This document shows positions 34,381 through 38,772 of a stretch of 38,772 bases of DNA, in pieces. A model generated the notes under the pieces. It did no database searches and was not told the DNA's origin. It saw only the letters and a list, made by a program, of their open reading frames with translations. This DNA comes from Welwitschia mirabilis (taxonomy: Eukaryota). The stretch covers positions 151,937 to 190,708 of the forward strand of contig JBOZIK010000001.1 of the NCBI GenBank assembly GCA_051453625.1. Reading direction: 5' to 3'. The translations under genes were made by a program, and so were the position numbers. How positions within the stretch are numbered: the first letter of the stretch is position 1; each line of letters starts with the position of its first letter.

Positions 34381-37300
34381 ATGCTTAAATTAAATAATTA
34401 ATAATACCTAATATTTTTGTTCAAAGAAATTCTACCATTGCTCAAGAACTTGAAAATGAGAAAGAACTTAAGCATGACCCGGTAAAATGCATGGATGAAA
34501 GTAGAAATTGTTGACATTTTTTCCATCTTGAATAGGTAAAAACTACTTAATATTGTATTTAATTCACATGTATGAGAAGTAAATAAGAAATTTCACTTAA
34601 AATAAAATTGATGCAACTAGAATTTTTTGTACTTTGCTGATGCTAGAAAAAATTGAATTACATATTAGTAAGGTGTAAATTAGGAAAATTTGCTAAGTTG
34701 AAACTGATATTGTGGATGCTGACATGGTTGAGACATGTGGAACTGAGATTATAATTAGAGTCATTAAGAATAAGGAGGAATCATTAAGAATGTGTTTAAG
34801 TAAAGTAATAAAGGAATGAAAAGGCATATTTAAGTTGTGGTTGCTCCCCATAATACCGATTTTAATGAAGGTCATCTAGAACTCTTGAATTCTCAATGAG
34901 AACTTTCAAATCCATTATGGAATACGTCAAAATAATTCAAAGATGATCATTAAGAACTCTTGAGTTCTCGATGAAGTCTTTCGAATTTTAATCACTATCA
35001 TTATGAAATTAAGTAATAATGAAAAAGTAAAGTCATATGATAAAGTTATAGCGGAAAGTTGGAGGGTTATTAAGAAGAAGACCTTCCACTTTTAGAAGCA
35101 AGTTTGAAGAGGTGAAGTTGACTTGAAATATTCTCCAAAGCTTTGGCTTTGGGCTAGTATCAGTAAACATCTAGAACTCACATACTGATGGTCTAGCTTA
35201 AAATTGGACTTGAAGTTGTGACTTTAGGTCAATGTCAGTCAACTAGACGATCTTTCTTTTTGGTTATAGAATGAAGAAGTAACAAGATTAGCTTAAAATC
35301 TAACTCAAATTTTTTACTTTAATCTAGCATTATTCAATCACATGATCTTGTTTAATTATAGGTTTTCAAAGCACAAAAAGATAAATGAGTTACCATGAAA
35401 TATAACTTAAAGTTTCAAATTTGAATTGGTGTTAGCCAAAAAATTCAAATTTTCATCATAATAGTTTGATATGAAATCTGACTTAAAGCTTTAAATTTGG
35501 ATTGATGTTAATCAATCAAGTGATCTTGGATTTTAAGGCCTTTTTTATGATGATATTTTATTGGAAGAAAAACATCAATAACTTTCATTTCTTATTATTT
35601 CCTGAAACAAAATAAAATAAAATTTTTTAAAGTTATTAGATATGGCCTAAAAAGTTTTTTTTGATCAAAAATTATTTGTAGGGTTTTTGGTAATTACTTG
35701 ATAATTTAGTCTATAATGATTGGCTTCTTGTATTAGCATGCAACTTAAGAAATCTAAATAGATCATAAATTAATTTAAAGTTCTAACTTAAAATTAAATC
35801 TTGATTAGTTTGGGATTTTTCAATTCTAGACTTGCTTTGAGATTAATGCTGATGCTTGGCATACTCTATGAGAAAAATAGGTATATCACTTTTACCCAAT
35901 CCTTTACTTCAAGATTGAATACATGTACACCAAGTAATTTAATATGAATTAAACTTATCAAGCATGATAGTAACACTTATGCTATAAATCTTATTCTTTA
36001 CATGATATTCATCCATTATTCTTCACCTGAGTTTTACAGTTCCTTCACTTAATTGTCTTTCAATTCTTCTTGTCTATTCTCCATTAGTCCTCATGGTTTG
36101 CACTACTCCTCCTTCTCTTATTGCTGCATCTAGCATTAAGAAGATGAAACATTATTTATTTAACTTGGGTTCCATACAAATAGACATATGCATTAGTAGT
36201 ATAGACCCCCAGTCACCTCAAGTCTCTATTAGATCTAAAAATGCAATGCAAAAGTTTTTGTACTATGATTACAAATCAACTATTGAGGTCTTAGATACCT
36301 TAGATTCCTTCATCACTAAGGTTGTAAAGATCATTTTGGAAGCAGTGTCATTTCCTCAAGATTTGTTCTTATGATCCATTACTCAATGAGTGAATATCTG
36401 AGGGTGAGAACTAAAGAACTTCATTGATAACTCAATTATGGGAATTTGGGTTGTGATGTTTCTTTAGGCTAGCTANNNNNNNNNNNNNNNNNNNNNNNNN
36501 NNNNNNNNNNNNNNNNNNNNNNNNNNNNNNNNNNNNNNNNNNNNNNNNNNNNNNNNNNNNNNNNNNNNNNNNNNNNNNNNNNNNNNNNNNNNNNNNNNNN
36601 NNNNNNNNNNNNNNNNNNNNNNNNNNNNNNNNNNNNNNNNNNNNNNNNNNNNNNNNNNNNNNNNNNNNNNNNNNNNNNNNNNNNNNNNNNNNNNNNNNNN
36701 NNNNNNNNNNNNNNNNNNNNNNNNNNNNNNNNNNNNNNNNNNNNNNNNNNNNNNNNNNNNNNNNNNNNNNNNNNNNNNNNNNNNNNNNNNNNNNNNNNNN
36801 NNNNNNNNNNNNNNNNNNNNNNNNNNNNNNNNNNNNNNNNNNNNNNNNNNNNNNNNNNNNNNNNNNNNNNNNNNNNNNNNNNNNNNNNNNNNNNNNNNNN
36901 NNNNNNNNNNNNNNNNNNNNNNNNNNNNNNNNNNNNNNNNNNNNNNNNNNNNNNNNNNNNNNNNNNNNNNNNNNNNNNNNNNNNNNNNNNNNNNNNNNNN
37001 NNNNNNNNNNNNNNNNNNNNNNNNNNNNNNNNNNNNNNNNNNNNNNNNNNNNNNNNNNNNNNNNNNNNNNNNNNNNNNNNNNNNNNNNNNNNNNNNNNNN
37101 NNNNNNNNNNNNNNNNNNNNNNNNNNNNNNNNNNNNNNNNNNNNNNNNNNNNNNNNNNNNNNNNNNNNNNNNNNNNNNNNNNNNNNNNNNNNNNNNNNNN
37201 NNNNNNNNNNNNNNNNNNNNNNNNNNNNNNNNNNNNNNNNNNNNNNNNNNNNNNNNNNNNNNNNNNNNNNNNNNNNNNNNNNNNNNNNNNNNNNNNNNNN

Positions 37301-37689
37301 NNNNNNNNNNNNNNNNNNNNNNNNNNNNNNNNNNNNNNNNNNNNNNNNNNNNNNNNNNNNNNNNNNNNNNNNNNNNNNNNNNNNNNNNNNNNNNNNNNNN
37401 NNNNNNNNNNNNNNNNNNNNCATAAACCTTATTCTTAGCCTTGTTACATTAAGTTTTAATAAGAAAAATATACAGAAGACAATATGAGATGCTAAACCTT
37501 ATCAAAACTATTGGTGAGCCCACATAGAGGAGATTAATATGATATCTGAATCTTTAGTGACATGCATCTACTACCCCCAGGTAAGAATTCTATAGGATCA
37601 TCTTCTAAGACTAGGCATTCTCATAAGAGGAGCAAGTTTTATGGCCACTTCAAGAATTGAGTTGCTTTAGTTGCTGATTTATTTACTAT

Positions 37690-38713
37690 AGGGGTTCTTT
37701 TAACTTTTTATCTTTAAAAGTATCATTGTAGTATTTATGTTTCTTACTTTATCTAGTTACTATAAGCTTGTAGGATTAATAGGAATTAAATCTTCTAGCC
37801 AATGGGATCATGATTTAACGATCTTGATTCTCCATCATCTTCCTAATGACATCTTATTCCAACTTTATTTTTAGGCCTTTTTACTTGAACTATTTAAGAA
37901 GATTCTTCTTATGAGTGAGGTAATGCAACAATGGTATATAATCATTGCTCAAATTCATTTATCAATTTAGGAAAGATTTATTTCTTTACCACCTTTCTAA
38001 AGATGACTTCATCCTTTATAAAATCTTCTTCTTCTACTTTTATTTTAATATTATCTTAAGTTCACTTATCTAGACCATATTTATTCATGTATCTAACATA
38101 CCTACCTATAACGTAAAATAAAAATATCTTAGAAAGTTAGATTTGAGTTAAGATAATTAGATTTACAAAAGGCATTAAATAAGCTTAGATGTAATAAAGG
38201 ATCTTTTGATTTTTACCTTCAAAGATGAGTATCGTTGTAGTACTTATGTTTTTTACTTTGTCTGGTTACTATAAGGTTATAGGATTAATAGGACTTAAAT
38301 CTTGTAACTAATAAGTATCATGATTTAATGGTTTTGAATCTTTATCATCTTTCCAATAACATCCTATTACAACTTTTTTTTCAGGCATTTTTGTCAAAAA
38401 TGTTTGAAACCACTCTTCTTGTGAATAAAGCAATGCAAGAATGGTATACAATTATGTTCAAATTCATTCATCAATTTGGGGAAGATTTATTTCTTTACTA
38501 TCTTTTCAAGGATGATTCCATCCTATATGAAAACTTCTTCTTTTACTTCTATTTTAATGTTATTTCTACTCTACTCATCTTGACCATAGTTATATGAGCC
38601 TTTAACATAATTGCCTCTTTCATCCCATCATTTTCCTTAGCTATCTTATTGGATCCTATTTTTCTTCATGTCTACTAATGGACTTTAGATCTATCCTCAT
38701 TCTAATGCCAAAA
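37690..38713 (-). mobile_element. Two tandem copies of the gypsy 5' UTR/gag start (37690-38112 and 38113-38713)
   Basis: First copy matches 26040-26462; second matches 30040-30638 and ends in a PBS (38695-38710). Confidence 0.85.
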
Positions 38714-38772
38714 TGATGGGTGCTTATGTGGTAAATTAATTACAAAAAATATTATGAAATAATATTAAATAA
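38714..38772 (-). repeat. Gypsy LTR 4 (edge only; runs off the window)
   Basis: tgccaaaa TGATGggtgcttatgtggtaaattaatt, the same junction as at 30639. Confidence 0.9.

Larger units (their letters stand above)
17153..38772 (-). mobile_element. Head-to-tail cluster of one Athila/Tat-like Ty3/gypsy family (at least 4 LTRs or LTR parts; unrelated DNA at ~34400-37690)
   Basis: Homologous LTRs at 17153, ~26462, 30639 and 38714; repeated gag, protease and extra 3' ORF, all on the minus strand. Confidence 0.85.

Noticed and set aside
33549-37423. Long ORFs in the track (269, 216, 210 and 316 aa) and similar X-rich ORFs elsewhere
   Set aside because: They consist almost entirely of X residues from N gaps.

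Overview
AT-rich, gap-ridden eukaryotic DNA, most likely land-plant nuclear heterochromatin, made almost entirely of nested, decayed retroelements. I found no intact host gene, RNA gene or CRISPR array. From left to right: (1) the 5' part of a Ty1/copia element (minus strand: LTR, tRNA-iMet PBS, gag, protease). (2) A Penelope-like element (PLE, plus strand, ~2570-5336) with RT, two GIY-YIG-containing direct repeats (pseudo-LTRs), a degenerate minimal hammerhead ribozyme in each repeat, and an unexplained CpG-rich insert. It appears to sit inside (3) an L1-type LINE ORF2 (minus strand). (4) An Athila-like gag relic. (5) A Sirevirus-like copia gag with its LTR. (6) An L1 3' end (zf-RVT) and an RTEX-like LINE 3' end. 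(7) From 17153 to the end, a head-to-tail cluster of one Athila/Tat-like gypsy family (minus strand) with ~930-950 bp TGATG...CATCA LTRs, a tRNA-Asn-type PBS, gag, protease and a long extra 3' ORF. One LTR in this cluster is shared between two internal regions, and one unit has lost RT-RNaseH-integrase. Many near-identical duplications flanking 100-N gaps are probably assembly artefacts. All calls come from manual translation and motif recognition; boundaries are approximate unless stated.
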